From contig VMGX01000001.1 in assembly GCA_007376805.1 (NCBI GenBank), forward strand, positions 70,461-134,460: a stretch of DNA of 64,000 nucleotides. Direction: 5' to 3'. Position 1 is the stretch's first letter. Each line of letters starts with the position of its first letter. The notes beneath the pieces are model-generated. The model searched no databases. It saw only the letters and a program-made list of their open reading frames with translations, and had not been told where the DNA came from. A program made the translations under genes and the position numbers. Positions 29,268 through 38,713 of this stretch are shown piece after piece. The stretch is from Parcubacteria group bacterium Athens0714_16. Its GTDB lineage: Bacteria; Patescibacteriota; Minisyncoccia; Phycocordibacterales; 21-14-all-36-13.

Positions 29268-29296
29268 TTGACCATACCCCCCTGGGGGTATATACT
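29268..29296 (+). promoter_or_regulatory. Sigma70-type promoter TTGACC-17-TATACT whose spacer is a CsoR-type operator palindrome ATACCCCCCTGGGGGTAT
   Basis: TTGACC 29268-29273, palindrome 29274-29291, TATACT 29291-29296, ATG of csoR at 29306 (near-leaderless). GC-rich ATACCC...GGGTAT dyad matches known CsoR operators. Confidence 0.7.
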
Positions 29297-29305
29297 TGTT
29301 TCCAT

Positions 29306-29572
29306 ATGAAAAACACAAATAAACAAAAAATTATTAAACGACTTAAAATTCTTGAAGGACAAATTCGTGGGCTTCAAGAAATGGTAATGAAAGATGTATA
29401 CTGTATAGATGTAATAACTCAAACATCAGCAGTAAAACAAGGTCTTTCAAATGTGGAGGATCTACTATTAGAAAATCATTTAGGAAGTTGTATTTTGAAT
29501 CAGTTAAAGTCGGGACAAACAAACAAGGCAAAGAATGAAATTCTAAAAGTTTATAAACTAAAAAGAAAATAA
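29306..29572 (+). CDS. csoR: Copper-sensing transcriptional repressor CsoR/RcnR family
   Basis: 88 aa. LKILEGQIRGLQEMVMKDVYCIDVITQTSAVKQGL with the conserved Cys and H-x-x-x-C region. Confidence 0.7.
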   Translation: MKNTNKQKIIKRLKILEGQIRGLQEMVMKDVYCIDVITQTSAVKQGLSNVEDLLLENHLGSCILNQLKSGQTNKAKNEILKVYKLKRK

Positions 29573-29573
29573 C

Positions 29574-31889
29574 ATGCATAACGAAACATATAATATAAAA
29601 GGGATGCACTGTGCCTCATGTGCTAGTACTATCGAAAAAACTTTCAAAAAAGTTGACGGTGTAAACTCCGTTGAAGTTAATTACGGAACAGAAAAGGCAA
29701 AAATATCCTTTGACCCACTAAAAACAAATCCCACTACCCTTTCCAAACATATCGAACCATTTGGATATTCATTGATTATACCAATGGCAAATACCTCGAC
29801 TTCATTTAGTGCCGGTGAAATGGGAATATCAGAAAATGAACATGCAAAACATTTGGGTCTAAATCAATCAAAAAACGAAAAACTTGCTGAATTGAAAGAT
29901 ATGAAAAATAAAGTTATATCTGTTATCCCTCTCACTATTTTTAGTAGCTTCGTATTAGCGTGGGAAACTCTTTCTCAATTTAATATTGTTCCTACTATCC
30001 CGTATTTTTGGGAAGAATTTTTTCATCATTTACTCCCAATAATGGCTACCTATACTTTGTTCGTTGTTGGAAAACCATATCTTTTAGGATTTTATCGTTT
30101 TCTTCGTTATGGCAAAGCCAATATGGATACTCTGATAGGAATCGGAACATCCGTTGCTTTTATTTTTAGTTTTATTGTTTCTGCTTTTGAAGAAAGTTTA
30201 AGATCCTTTATAAATGTAGAGCAGAGTTATTACGACGTGACAATTATTGTTATTGCCTTTATTACCCTCGGTAAATATCTTGAAGCTCGTTCAAAATTAA
30301 AAACAGGTGACGCCATAGAAAAATTATTAAATCTGCAAGCAAAAACTGCACTTGTTATTCGTGAAGGAAAAGAAGTTGAAATATCAATAGACCAAGTCCT
30401 ACACGGAGATTTGATAATTGTAAAACCAGGAAATTCAATACCTGTTGACGGTATTATTACAGATGGCACTTCCTTTATAGATGAAGCAATGATCACTGGT
30501 GAACCAATGCCCGTTTCAAAAAAAATTGGAGATGCTGTCGTGGCTGGAACAATAAACACAAATGGTTCGTTTACTTTTAGAACAACAAAAGTTGGTTCAG
30601 AAACTTTGCTTGCTAAAATAATAAAAATGGTTGAAGAAGCACAAGGAAGTAAGGCACCTATACAGGCATTAGCAGATAAAATTTCTGGCGTTTTTGTTCC
30701 AATTGTTTTAGTTTTGTCTTTTGTTTCTTTGGGACTTTGGCTTGTTGTTGGTTCAAGCTACCTCGGTTTTTCGCAAGCACTTTCTTTTGGCCTAGTTTCT
30801 TTCGTGGGCATTCTTGTTATAGCTTGCCCTTGTGCACTTGGTCTCGCAACACCAACGGCAATTATTGTTGGTGTAGGAAAGGGTGCGAGAGAAGGAATAC
30901 TTGTTAAAGACGCCGGAACACTTGAAAAACTTCACAAAGTAAATGTAATTGTTGTTGATAAAACTGGAACACTTACACGCGGGAAACCAGAACTTGTTTC
31001 AATAAAAAATCTTTCCGACAAAAGTGATGATGAACTAATATCAATTATTGCTTCTCTTGATAGTCAGTCATCTCATCCTGTCGCCCACGCAACTGTTTCC
31101 TATGCACGAGAAAAAAATATTCCATTTCAACCAGTAACTTCTTTTGAATCAATCAAAGGAAAAGGATCAAGAGGAATAATTAATGGCAATGAATATTATG
31201 TTGGCAGTCCAAAATTTTTGGCAGATTTTAATATTTCCTTTGACATTTCTTCTTTAGAAAAAGAAACATTAGAAGGTAAAACACCTGTAATTTTAATTAA
31301 AGAAAAAAATATTCTAGGCGTAGTAATGGTTGCAGATGCAATAAAACCAGAAGCTGTTGAATCAATAAAAAATCTTCATAAACTTGGTATAAAAATAATC
31401 ATGGTTACTGGAGATAATAAAAATACTGCTGATTATATTGCAAAGCAAATTGGTATTGATGAGGTTGTTGCAGAAGTAATGCCAGAAGATAAATTAAATA
31501 AAATAAAAGAATTACAGTCACAAGGAAAAATCGTTGCGATGGCTGGTGATGGAGTGAATGATGCCCCCGCCCTTGCTCAAGCTGATGTGGGTATAGCAAT
31601 GGCAACTGGGACTGACGTGGCAATAGAAACTGCTGGCATCACACTTTTGCATGGTGATATTTCAAAACTAGTAAAAGCTATTCGTTTATCCAAATTAACA
31701 ATGCGTGGGATTAAACAAAATCTTTTCTGGGCGTTTGTTTACAATATTGTAGGGATACCACTTGCAGGAGGTTTGTTTTATCCAATTTTTGGTTGGATGT
31801 TAAGTCCAGTTTTTGCCGGATTCGCAATGGCAATGTCCAGCGTATCGGTTGTCGGTAATTCACTTAGATTAAAAGTAAAAAAATTATAA
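29574..31889 (+). CDS. copA: Copper-translocating P1B-type ATPase
   Basis: N-terminal HMA MHCASCASTIE, CPC (ACPCALGLATP), DKTGTLT, TGEP, GDGVNDAPAL, MxxSS. Confidence 0.9.
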   Translation: MHNETYNIKGMHCASCASTIEKTFKKVDGVNSVEVNYGTEKAKISFDPLKTNPTTLSKHIEPFGYSLIIPMANTSTSFSAGEMGISENEHAKHLGLNQSKNEKLAELKDMKNKVISVIPLTIFSSFVLAWETLSQFNIVPTIPYFWEEFFHHLLPIMATYTLFVVGKPYLLGFYRFLRYGKANMDTLIGIGTSVAFIFSFIVSAFEESLRSFINVEQSYYDVTIIVIAFITLGKYLEARSKLKTGDAIEKLLNLQAKTALVIREGKEVEISIDQVLHGDLIIVKPGNSIPVDGIITDGTSFIDEAMITGEPMPVSKKIGDAVVAGTINTNGSFTFRTTKVGSETLLAKIIKMVEEAQGSKAPIQALADKISGVFVPIVLVLSFVSLGLWLVVGSSYLGFSQALSFGLVSFVGILVIACPCALGLATPTAIIVGVGKGAREGILVKDAGTLEKLHKVNVIVVDKTGTLTRGKPELVSIKNLSDKSDDELISIIASLDSQSSHPVAHATVSYAREKNIPFQPVTSFESIKGKGSRGIINGNEYYVGSPKFLADFNISFDISSLEKETLEGKTPVILIKEKNILGVVMVADAIKPEAVESIKNLHKLGIKIIMVTGDNKNTADYIAKQIGIDEVVAEVMPEDKLNKIKELQSQGKIVAMAGDGVNDAPALAQADVGIAMATGTDVAIETAGITLLHGDISKLVKAIRLSKLTMRGIKQNLFWAFVYNIVGIPLAGGLFYPIFGWMLSPVFAGFAMAMSSVSVVGNSLRLKVKKL

Positions 31890-31949
31890 GATTATTATTA
31901 ACTTTCAGCCATAGGCTGATCCGCCTCTGGCGGAAATTAAAAAATTAAT

Positions 31950-32186
31950 ATGACATATGGACTATATAATGGGTTGGGGTTCGGAAATATGATGGGTTTT
32001 TGGGGAGGTGGAATTATGATGATTATTTTTTGGGGAATAATTATTTATTTTATTGTTTGGCTTGTTCGTAGTAACAAAACAAGTGAAGTAGATAATAAAA
32101 AAGCCCTTGATATTCTTAAAGAAAGATATGCGCGAGGAGAAATAGAAAAAAAAGAATTTGAAGAAAAGAAAAAAGATTTAAATTAA
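31950..32186 (+). CDS. SHOCT-domain small membrane protein
   Basis: TM helix followed by ALDILKERYARGEIEKKEFEEKKKDL (SHOCT-like). Confidence 0.5.
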   Translation: MTYGLYNGLGFGNMMGFWGGGIMMIIFWGIIIYFIVWLVRSNKTSEVDNKKALDILKERYARGEIEKKEFEEKKKDLN

Positions 32187-32243
32187 AACATTAGAAATTT
32201 ATTTTCGATCGAAATGACAAAATAATAATAAAAATATATAATT

Positions 32244-32417
32244 ATGTTTAATATATTTAAAGAAAAATGCCCAGTTTGTAAGATGGAACTTGAAAAAGGT
32301 AAAGTTTATCCTGAAGACGCTGGTAAAAAGTTTTGTTCAGAAAATTGCAAACAAGAATATAAAAAACAATTAATACAAAGACAATTACATCATCCCGGTG
32401 GCGGATGTTGTCATTAA
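32244..32417 (+). CDS. TRASH/YHS-type metal-binding zinc-ribbon protein (57 aa, not in ORF track)
   Basis: MFNIFKEKCPVCKMELEKGKVYPEDAGKKFCSENCKQEYKK...HHPGGGCCH: CxxC...FCSxxC plus Cys/His tail. Located in the copper island. Confidence 0.5.
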   Translation: MFNIFKEKCPVCKMELEKGKVYPEDAGKKFCSENCKQEYKKQLIQRQLHHPGGGCCH

Positions 32418-32449
32418 AAAATCGAATAAGTTAAAACTAATTAAAAAAT

Positions 32450-32671
32450 ATGAAACTGTCAAAATTAATGCATGTAGCTAGCGTTATAATTGGTCTTGCT
32501 GGGGTAATTACATTTGCATCCGCGATTCTCAGCGGTGCTGATAATCTTGTATTTGGAATTACAAAATTGGATGCACTATTATGTTCTGCCATCCTTGTTC
32601 TTATTGCAATTTGGCTATCAATTGGAACGATTCATCACATAATACTTGAGAAACGAGGAGATATCATTTAA
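32450..32671 (+). CDS. Small membrane protein (2 TM), hypothetical
   Basis: Hydrophobic 73-aa ORF. Confidence 0.3.
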   Translation: MKLSKLMHVASVIIGLAGVITFASAILSGADNLVFGITKLDALLCSAILVLIAIWLSIGTIHHIILEKRGDII

Positions 32672-32727
32672 TAACTCAATCATTAAAAAAATATAAAATT
32701 ATAATAAAAGAGTTATAATAATTACTA

Positions 32728-33150
32728 TTGTTAATTTATATGTCATCTTTGTTAAAAAAAACCATTGCATCATTTGTTCTGTTATCATTTTTGATAATTG
32801 TGTTTTTTAGTTTTGTTGTAATGATGCACGAACCTAATGGGGGCATGTCTAAAAACTGTCTTTTTTCAACGGTTGATGTTTCTCTTTGTCCGCAGGATGC
32901 ATTGGTTATGGTTTTTCACCATATTTCTTCTTATCAATCATTCATTAACATACCAATAGATTTTGGTATTTCAATATTAGTTATTTTTTTACTTTTTGTT
33001 TTATATACAATTCTAACAACATTTATAAATTCGTCTCAATTTAAATTAGTTTCTATTGGTATTTCTTATAGCCCCCCGCAAGAAACTTCACACGAAAGAA
33101 AAATAGCGCGCTGGGTGGCTCTACACGAAAATAGTCCTACTATTTTTTAG
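32728..33150 (+). CDS. Hypothetical membrane protein
   Basis: 140 aa, two hydrophobic segments, Cys/His-containing loop (CLFSTVDVSLCPQDALVMVFHH). Confidence 0.3.
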   Translation: MLIYMSSLLKKTIASFVLLSFLIIVFFSFVVMMHEPNGGMSKNCLFSTVDVSLCPQDALVMVFHHISSYQSFINIPIDFGISILVIFLLFVLYTILTTFINSSQFKLVSIGISYSPPQETSHERKIARWVALHENSPTIF

Positions 33151-33286
33151 GGTGCTAATACAAAATCCTTTATTTTCTTTTGTATAAAACAAAAGAATAA
33201 CAAGTCGAACAAGTTTTGTATTACGCATCCATGATCCCTTAATTAAAGGGGTCTTTTATTTCTAATTTATTCTCTAATAATCAAAT

Positions 33287-33778
33287 ATGAAAAATACAAT
33301 AATAACAGGTGTGATTATAGTGCTCGGACTGATTGGTCTCATGATTTGGGGTAAAAGTAATCAAACAGCGGAAATTCCAAAAAATTCTGATGCAATAAGT
33401 TCTTTAACAACATCAGAAAAATTATATGATTTTGGAACAATCTCCATGAAAAATGGACTGGTTAATCATGTGTTCAAAGTTACAAATCCATCAAACAAAG
33501 ATATATTCGTAAAAAAAGTTAGTACTTCGTGTATGTGCACGCAGGCATATATTGGAAGCGCGGGTGGAGAAAAAGGACCTTTCGGTATGGAAGGTATGGG
33601 ATATGTTCCACCGGCAAATGAAATCATCAAAGCGGGAGAATCTAAAGATATAAAGGTCGTATACGATCCAAATGCTCACGGACCGGCGGGCGTAGGAGTA
33701 ATTGATAGATTTATTTATCTCGTAGAAACAAATGGTGAAACTACACAGCTTGAAATAAAAGCAATAGTAACTCCATAA
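33287..33778 (+). CDS. DUF1573-like secreted protein
   Basis: YDFGTISMKNGLVNHVFKVTNPSNKDIFVKKVSTSCMCTQ matches the DUF1573 signature (FG.i..g...h.F...N.G...l.i..v..SCgCT). Confidence 0.55.
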   Translation: MKNTIITGVIIVLGLIGLMIWGKSNQTAEIPKNSDAISSLTTSEKLYDFGTISMKNGLVNHVFKVTNPSNKDIFVKKVSTSCMCTQAYIGSAGGEKGPFGMEGMGYVPPANEIIKAGESKDIKVVYDPNAHGPAGVGVIDRFIYLVETNGETTQLEIKAIVTP

Positions 33779-33783
33779 AACTT

Positions 33784-34563
33784 ATGAAAAGAACACTAAT
33801 ATTTCTTTCTGTTTTAATCGTAGTCATTATCGGGCTTGTAATACTCAAAAACAGCACAGCTACTTCTTCTTTAATTTGGAACTTGAGCAATAACGGCGTG
33901 TGGCTTTTGCCACTTATTTTAGTGTCGGCTATTCTTGACAGTGTTCATCCTTGTTCATTTTCTATTCTTCTAATTACTATCGCATTTCTTTTTGGGATGC
34001 AAATGACTAGAAAAAAAATTCTACAAATCGGTGGAACATACATAGCTGGAATCTTTACAGCATACCTTTTGATAGGCCTTGGTATTCTTAAAATATTACA
34101 TCTATTCAACACACCACACTTCATGGGCAAACTCGGAGCTACACTTTTGATTGTCTTTGGAATTATAAATCTTGTAAATTATCTTTTCCCAAAATTTCCA
34201 CTCAAACTCAAAATTCCAAGTGTCTCGCATACTGCAATGGGACGACTAATGGAAAAAGCATCTTTCCCAGCTGCATTTGGATTGGGACTTTTGGTTGGCA
34301 TATGTCAATTTCCATGCATGGGTGGTCCATACCTAATGGTTATTGGTTTACTTCGTGATCAAGTCACATATTTCAGTGGTTTTGGTTATCTCGTACTCTA
34401 TAATTTAATTCTCATATTACCTCTCATAGCCGTGCTTTGGATTACGGCAGACAAAACAATCGTAGATAAAATACAAGAATGGAAAAAAACAAATATGAAA
34501 GGAGTAAAATTTTGGGCGGGTCTTGCCATGATTATTATAGGCATCTTAATCTTCTTCATTTAA
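33784..34563 (+). CDS. CcdA/DsbD-like transmembrane thiol-disulfide electron transporter
   Basis: Two conserved membrane-embedded Cys (HPCSF, FPCMGGP) in a 6-TM protein. Confidence 0.6.
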   Translation: MKRTLIFLSVLIVVIIGLVILKNSTATSSLIWNLSNNGVWLLPLILVSAILDSVHPCSFSILLITIAFLFGMQMTRKKILQIGGTYIAGIFTAYLLIGLGILKILHLFNTPHFMGKLGATLLIVFGIINLVNYLFPKFPLKLKIPSVSHTAMGRLMEKASFPAAFGLGLLVGICQFPCMGGPYLMVIGLLRDQVTYFSGFGYLVLYNLILILPLIAVLWITADKTIVDKIQEWKKTNMKGVKFWAGLAMIIIGILIFFI

Positions 34564-34567
34564 ATTT

Positions 34568-35104
34568 ATGAAAACTTTTAACGAGGCGGAAACAAAACCG
34601 CCAACAATTGATGAATTTCTCATTAAAATAGAATCATTAAAAGAAAAAGCTGGAGTTGATTTATCAACGGCAGAAGATTTGAGTTTGGCCGTTATGAATT
34701 TAATTAGTTTGGAAGAACATTTTTTCTTTACTGGCATAAAAACAAAGCAAAACGAATATTTTGACACCTCACTGGAAATTCGAAATATCCGAAAAGAATT
34801 GTTGGCAGATCTCATGCCAAACCATGAAGGAGAAACGTGGTGTATATCTAAACATTTGCTTTCAACAACAATGCGACTTATTGAGGTAGGTAATAAACTT
34901 CAATCCGAAAATAAAAAAGATGAAGCAAGAAAAATGTTTGAAAGAGCCTATAAAATATATTCGATTTTTTGGGCCTTAAAATTAAAATTAATCACTGGGG
35001 GAAAAATACAAAAAACAGCCAAAGATAGTTCCGCAACACTCAATACAAATAGTTCACAACTCGAGGATTTGGTAACTAAACTTGCTGATTGTTGTAATGA
35101 ATAA
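34568..35104 (+). CDS. Hypothetical soluble helical protein
   Basis: 178 aa, no recognisable motif. Translationally coupled to neighbours. Confidence 0.4.
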   Translation: MKTFNEAETKPPTIDEFLIKIESLKEKAGVDLSTAEDLSLAVMNLISLEEHFFFTGIKTKQNEYFDTSLEIRNIRKELLADLMPNHEGETWCISKHLLSTTMRLIEVGNKLQSENKKDEARKMFERAYKIYSIFWALKLKLITGGKIQKTAKDSSATLNTNSSQLEDLVTKLADCCNE

Positions 35105-35144
35105 ATATTAAAATATTTTTAAAAATATTCACTTAAATAAAATT

Positions 35145-36140
35145 ATGAAAAATGAAAATTTAGAAGATAAAATATCAAAAAAAATTACTTCGTTTATAAC
35201 ACCAATGCCCATAGCAATTATTATCGCCGCGGCCTTAATTTCTATGGCGTGGGTATATAACACTAGTTTAAAAAATTCTGACAATACACAGAAAACGAAT
35301 GGCGCATCAGAAAAAGTTCAAATATCCGAATTAGAGGAAAGTGTGTTGCCGGCCGATGGAGTTATATTGCCAGTAAGTTGGGGGGATTTGGGACCTAAAC
35401 TTATAAATGTTGGGGCAATTGATGCTAATAAATTTCAAGCAATATATGAACAAAAAAATGCTTTTACAGATGAATACAAAAATTTGCTTATCGGAAAAAA
35501 TGACGGCAAACTCAAAATAACAAGTGAAAATGCCGGATATATTTTGAACTTATTTTGGGCACTTGGTCTAGCAAGCAAAAACACTATTTTAGAATCAGGT
35601 GAAATGTCAGATCCAAAATATGGTGGAGCTGGAAACTTTGCGTCTACTGGCGGTTGGACGATAGCTAAAGGAAACCCAATGGACCATTATAGTAAACATA
35701 AATTCTTTGATCTGACTCCAGAACAACAAGCCCTAGTAGATAAAGTATCACGAGGTATATACAGACCATGCTGTGGCAATTCAACCCATTTCCCTGATTG
35801 TAATCATGGGATGGCAATGCTTGGACTCTTAGAACTTATGGCGTCACAAGGTGTAAATGAACAAGATATGTGGAAAACAGCATTGATAGTAAATTCATAC
35901 TGGTTCCCTGATACATACATTACAATCGCAACATACATGAAAAATAAAGGGATTGATTGGAAAGATGTAAGCCCACAAGAAATATTAGGATTTGATTATT
36001 CTAGTGCTCAAGGATATGCAAAAATTGCGTCTCAGGTTGTTCAACCAGAACAACGTAGCGGAGGAAGTGGATGTGGTGTTGATACAGGTGAATCAACTCC
36101 TGTTCAACAAAGACAACAAAGTGGATGTGGTGTGCAGTAA
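35145..36140 (+). CDS. Hypothetical membrane-anchored extracytoplasmic protein with Cys motifs
   Basis: N-terminal TM, RPCCGNSTHFPDCNHG motif, C-terminal repeated SGCGV. Confidence 0.4.
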   Translation: MKNENLEDKISKKITSFITPMPIAIIIAAALISMAWVYNTSLKNSDNTQKTNGASEKVQISELEESVLPADGVILPVSWGDLGPKLINVGAIDANKFQAIYEQKNAFTDEYKNLLIGKNDGKLKITSENAGYILNLFWALGLASKNTILESGEMSDPKYGGAGNFASTGGWTIAKGNPMDHYSKHKFFDLTPEQQALVDKVSRGIYRPCCGNSTHFPDCNHGMAMLGLLELMASQGVNEQDMWKTALIVNSYWFPDTYITIATYMKNKGIDWKDVSPQEILGFDYSSAQGYAKIASQVVQPEQRSGGSGCGVDTGESTPVQQRQQSGCGVQ

Positions 36141-36218
36141 TCTAAAACCGACAAAAAACACCATTAAATTAAAAACCCCGTTCTGGGGTTTTTAATTTAA
36201 TGGTATAATTGTTTTCTT

Positions 36219-37247
36219 ATGCCACAACAAAAAACTTATATATTCCACGTTAATGGTATGCACTGCAAAGCATGTGTATTATTAACAGAAAGTGAGCTTG
36301 GTGAAATACCAGAAATATCCCACGTAAAAGCATCCCTAAAAAATCTCGAAGTTAAGGTGACGGGTGAATTTGGAAACAAAGAGCCTGAATTTATTGCAGA
36401 AGATTTGAGTAAAATATTGAAACCACATGGTTATACACTTTCTCTCGAAAAACAAAAACATTTTGTTAAATGGTCAGATTTTCGTATCGCTATTCCGATT
36501 GCGTTGGTATTTATTGTATTGTTTATAATCTTACAAAAATTAGGCATCGTTAACTTAATAACAACATCAGATGTTAGTTACGGCACAGCGTTTGTGGTTG
36601 GTCTTATTGCATCTGTTTCCACGTGTATGGCAGTGGTTGGGGGAATAGTTCTTTCTATGTCAACAAACTTTGCAAAAGAAGGCGACCATATACGCCCACA
36701 AATTTTATTTCATGTTGGACGACTTGTATCATTTTTTATTCTTGGAGGTTTGGTTGGTGCACTTGGTTCAGCATTTCAACTTGGAACAATCGGAACATTT
36801 ATTCTTAGTTTTATTGTTGCAATAGTTCTTCTCATTCTTGGTATTAATCTTCTCGATGTATTTCCCTGGGCTAAAAAGCTTCAGCCAACAATGCCAAGTT
36901 TTGTAGGAAAACATATTCATGGGCTTAAAAACTTTAATCACACTCTCACACCACTTCTAGTCGGTGTAGCAACATTCTTTTTGCCCTGTGGTTTTACTCA
37001 ATCAATGCAAATTTATACATTAAGCACGGGAAGTTTTTTAACTGGATCGTTAATTATGTTTGCGTTCTCACTTGGAACACTCCCGGTGCTTTCACTTTTG
37101 GGTTTTAGTTCACTTGGTATTCATAAAAAAACTCAATCTGGTGTATTCTTTAAAACAGCCGGCCTTATTGTAATATTCTTTGGTATTTTCAATTTAATAA
37201 ATGCACTAGCCGCTTCTGGTATTATTTCACCAATCTTTAATTTTTAA
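36219..37247 (+). CDS. HMA (heavy-metal-associated) domain fused to DsbD_2/CcdA-like membrane domain
   Basis: N-terminal MHCKACV HMA motif. Membrane domain with STCMAVVGG and LPCGFTQSM conserved Cys. Confidence 0.6.
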   Translation: MPQQKTYIFHVNGMHCKACVLLTESELGEIPEISHVKASLKNLEVKVTGEFGNKEPEFIAEDLSKILKPHGYTLSLEKQKHFVKWSDFRIAIPIALVFIVLFIILQKLGIVNLITTSDVSYGTAFVVGLIASVSTCMAVVGGIVLSMSTNFAKEGDHIRPQILFHVGRLVSFFILGGLVGALGSAFQLGTIGTFILSFIVAIVLLILGINLLDVFPWAKKLQPTMPSFVGKHIHGLKNFNHTLTPLLVGVATFFLPCGFTQSMQIYTLSTGSFLTGSLIMFAFSLGTLPVLSLLGFSSLGIHKKTQSGVFFKTAGLIVIFFGIFNLINALAASGIISPIFNF

Positions 37248-37254
37248 TCAAATT

Positions 37255-37662
37255 ATGAAAACAATCACAACATCTGTAGTTTTAGCAATAATTATAATTG
37301 GAGGAGCAATTCTTCTTGGTGGTGGAAATAACAAAAATTCAAATGACCAAAATACAAACCCCTCACAAATTGTTAACAACGTAAGCGTGATTGATGGCAA
37401 ACAAATTATTGAAATTCGTGCAAAGGGTGGATATTCTCCCAGAACAACAACTGCTAAGGCAGATATACCAACTGTTATAAAAATTGAGACGCAGGGAACG
37501 TTTGATTGTTCGTCGGCATTGGTTATTCCAAGCTTGGGTTATCGAGAAAACCTCCCACCCTCAGGAGAAACTCTCATTGATTTACCCCCACAAAAAGCTG
37601 GTTCAAAATTGCAGGGCTTGTGTACAATGGGAATGTATAATTTCATAATAAATTTTGAATAA
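37255..37662 (+). CDS. Small secreted hypothetical protein
   Basis: N-terminal TM/signal, Cys residues (FDCSS, LCTMGMY). Confidence 0.4.
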   Translation: MKTITTSVVLAIIIIGGAILLGGGNNKNSNDQNTNPSQIVNNVSVIDGKQIIEIRAKGGYSPRTTTAKADIPTVIKIETQGTFDCSSALVIPSLGYRENLPPSGETLIDLPPQKAGSKLQGLCTMGMYNFIINFE

Positions 37663-37664
37663 AC

Positions 37665-37703
37665 AAAAATAAAAGCCGTTAAGAAATTCTTAACGGTTTT
37701 TAT
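37665..37703 (+). terminator. Rho-independent terminator (aaagccgttaagaaattcttaacggttttt)
   Basis: 11-bp stem plus T-run after the last gene of the copper island. Confidence 0.6.
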
Positions 37704-37725
37704 TGTTTGGAGCCGCCTCCTTGAA

Positions 37726-38148
37726 CTATTGGTTTTTAATATATTTTTTATTTCTCCATTGCCTACCTTTACTTGCGTGGTTTAAATTTTTAAAATTTGG
37801 AGTTAATGAATGGCAGTTTGGACATAACAATCTTAAATTACTTTCTAAATTATTTTCAGAATTTCCATCAATATGGTCAATTTCTATAGGGACTTTCTTG
37901 GATTTTGGATGTTTTTTGTTCCACCCACACTGCGAACAGTGTTCTCCATATTTTTCCGATAGATATCTTTTCAAATGTTTTGATACATTTCTAGTATGTA
38001 TTCCTACGTTTCCATTTTTATTTCCAAGTTTCCATTCTTTTATATATTTTTTATATTGAGCAACAAATTGACATTTATTTGAACAATATTTTAATTGCCA
38101 ACGATTTATCAGATTTACACCACAATTGCTACATATCCCTTTTTTCAT
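37726..38148 (-). CDS. Free-standing HNH endonuclease
   Basis: N-terminal Cys-rich (CSNCG...C..KC) and EIDHIDGNSENN...LRLLCPNCH HNH motif. Confidence 0.7.
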   Translation of the reverse strand: MKKGICSNCGVNLINRWQLKYCSNKCQFVAQYKKYIKEWKLGNKNGNVGIHTRNVSKHLKRYLSEKYGEHCSQCGWNKKHPKSKKVPIEIDHIDGNSENNLESNLRLLCPNCHSLTPNFKNLNHASKGRQWRNKKYIKNQ

Positions 38149-38214
38149 ACATTAAGTATACCATCTCTTATATGAAAAATGGTATACAGCGATAAATGAT
38201 AATTACTACTCTTG

Positions 38215-38287
38215 AGCCGAAAGAGGGATTCGAACCCACGACATCCACTTTACAAAAGTGGCGCTCTACCAACTGAGCTATTTCGGC
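38215..38287 (-). tRNA. tRNA-Thr (anticodon UGU)
   Basis: GCCGAAA-TA-GCTC-AGTTGGTA-GAGC-G-CCACT-TTTGTAA-AGTGG-ATGTC-GTGGG-TTCGAAT-CCCTC-TTTCGGC-T. 7-bp acceptor stem perfect. T-stem has one T:T mismatch. No encoded CCA. Confidence 0.7.
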
Positions 38288-38292
38288 ACACA

Positions 38293-38709
38293 CTAAACTA
38301 TTGTATTATCAATATCAGGTCTATTCTCATTACTTTCTCTTTTAAAATCAGCAATGTCATTAAGAAATGAAGAAACCTCCCCGTCTCGTCTTAAAACTTT
38401 CTTACCCATAATTATATTAACTATTTTTGAATCACTATTTTTCACCTTTTTTACTGCAATATGAAAAATTCTAACAACAAAAGTTTTTATTTCTTCGTAA
38501 ATAAAAAAAACAAATCTAATTGCATTTCTTCTATTAAAGTATGATGCGTAAAAATTTAATATAGACAAATGTTTCTTTGTTTTTCTTTCAAGATGATTTT
38601 TAATGTTCTCTGATATAACAACTCTGTCTTTTTGAAACTCAAAAATTTTAAAACAAAAAAGCATCGTAAGCCCAAGCAAAGATATTATAAATAAAATATA
38701 AACAAACAT
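38293..38709 (-). CDS. Hypothetical membrane protein
   Basis: 138-aa ORF with N-terminal TM helix. Confidence 0.35.
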   Translation of the reverse strand: MFVYILFIISLLGLTMLFCFKIFEFQKDRVVISENIKNHLERKTKKHLSILNFYASYFNRRNAIRFVFFIYEEIKTFVVRIFHIAVKKVKNSDSKIVNIIMGKKVLRRDGEVSSFLNDIADFKRESNENRPDIDNTIV

Positions 38710-38713
38710 ATTT

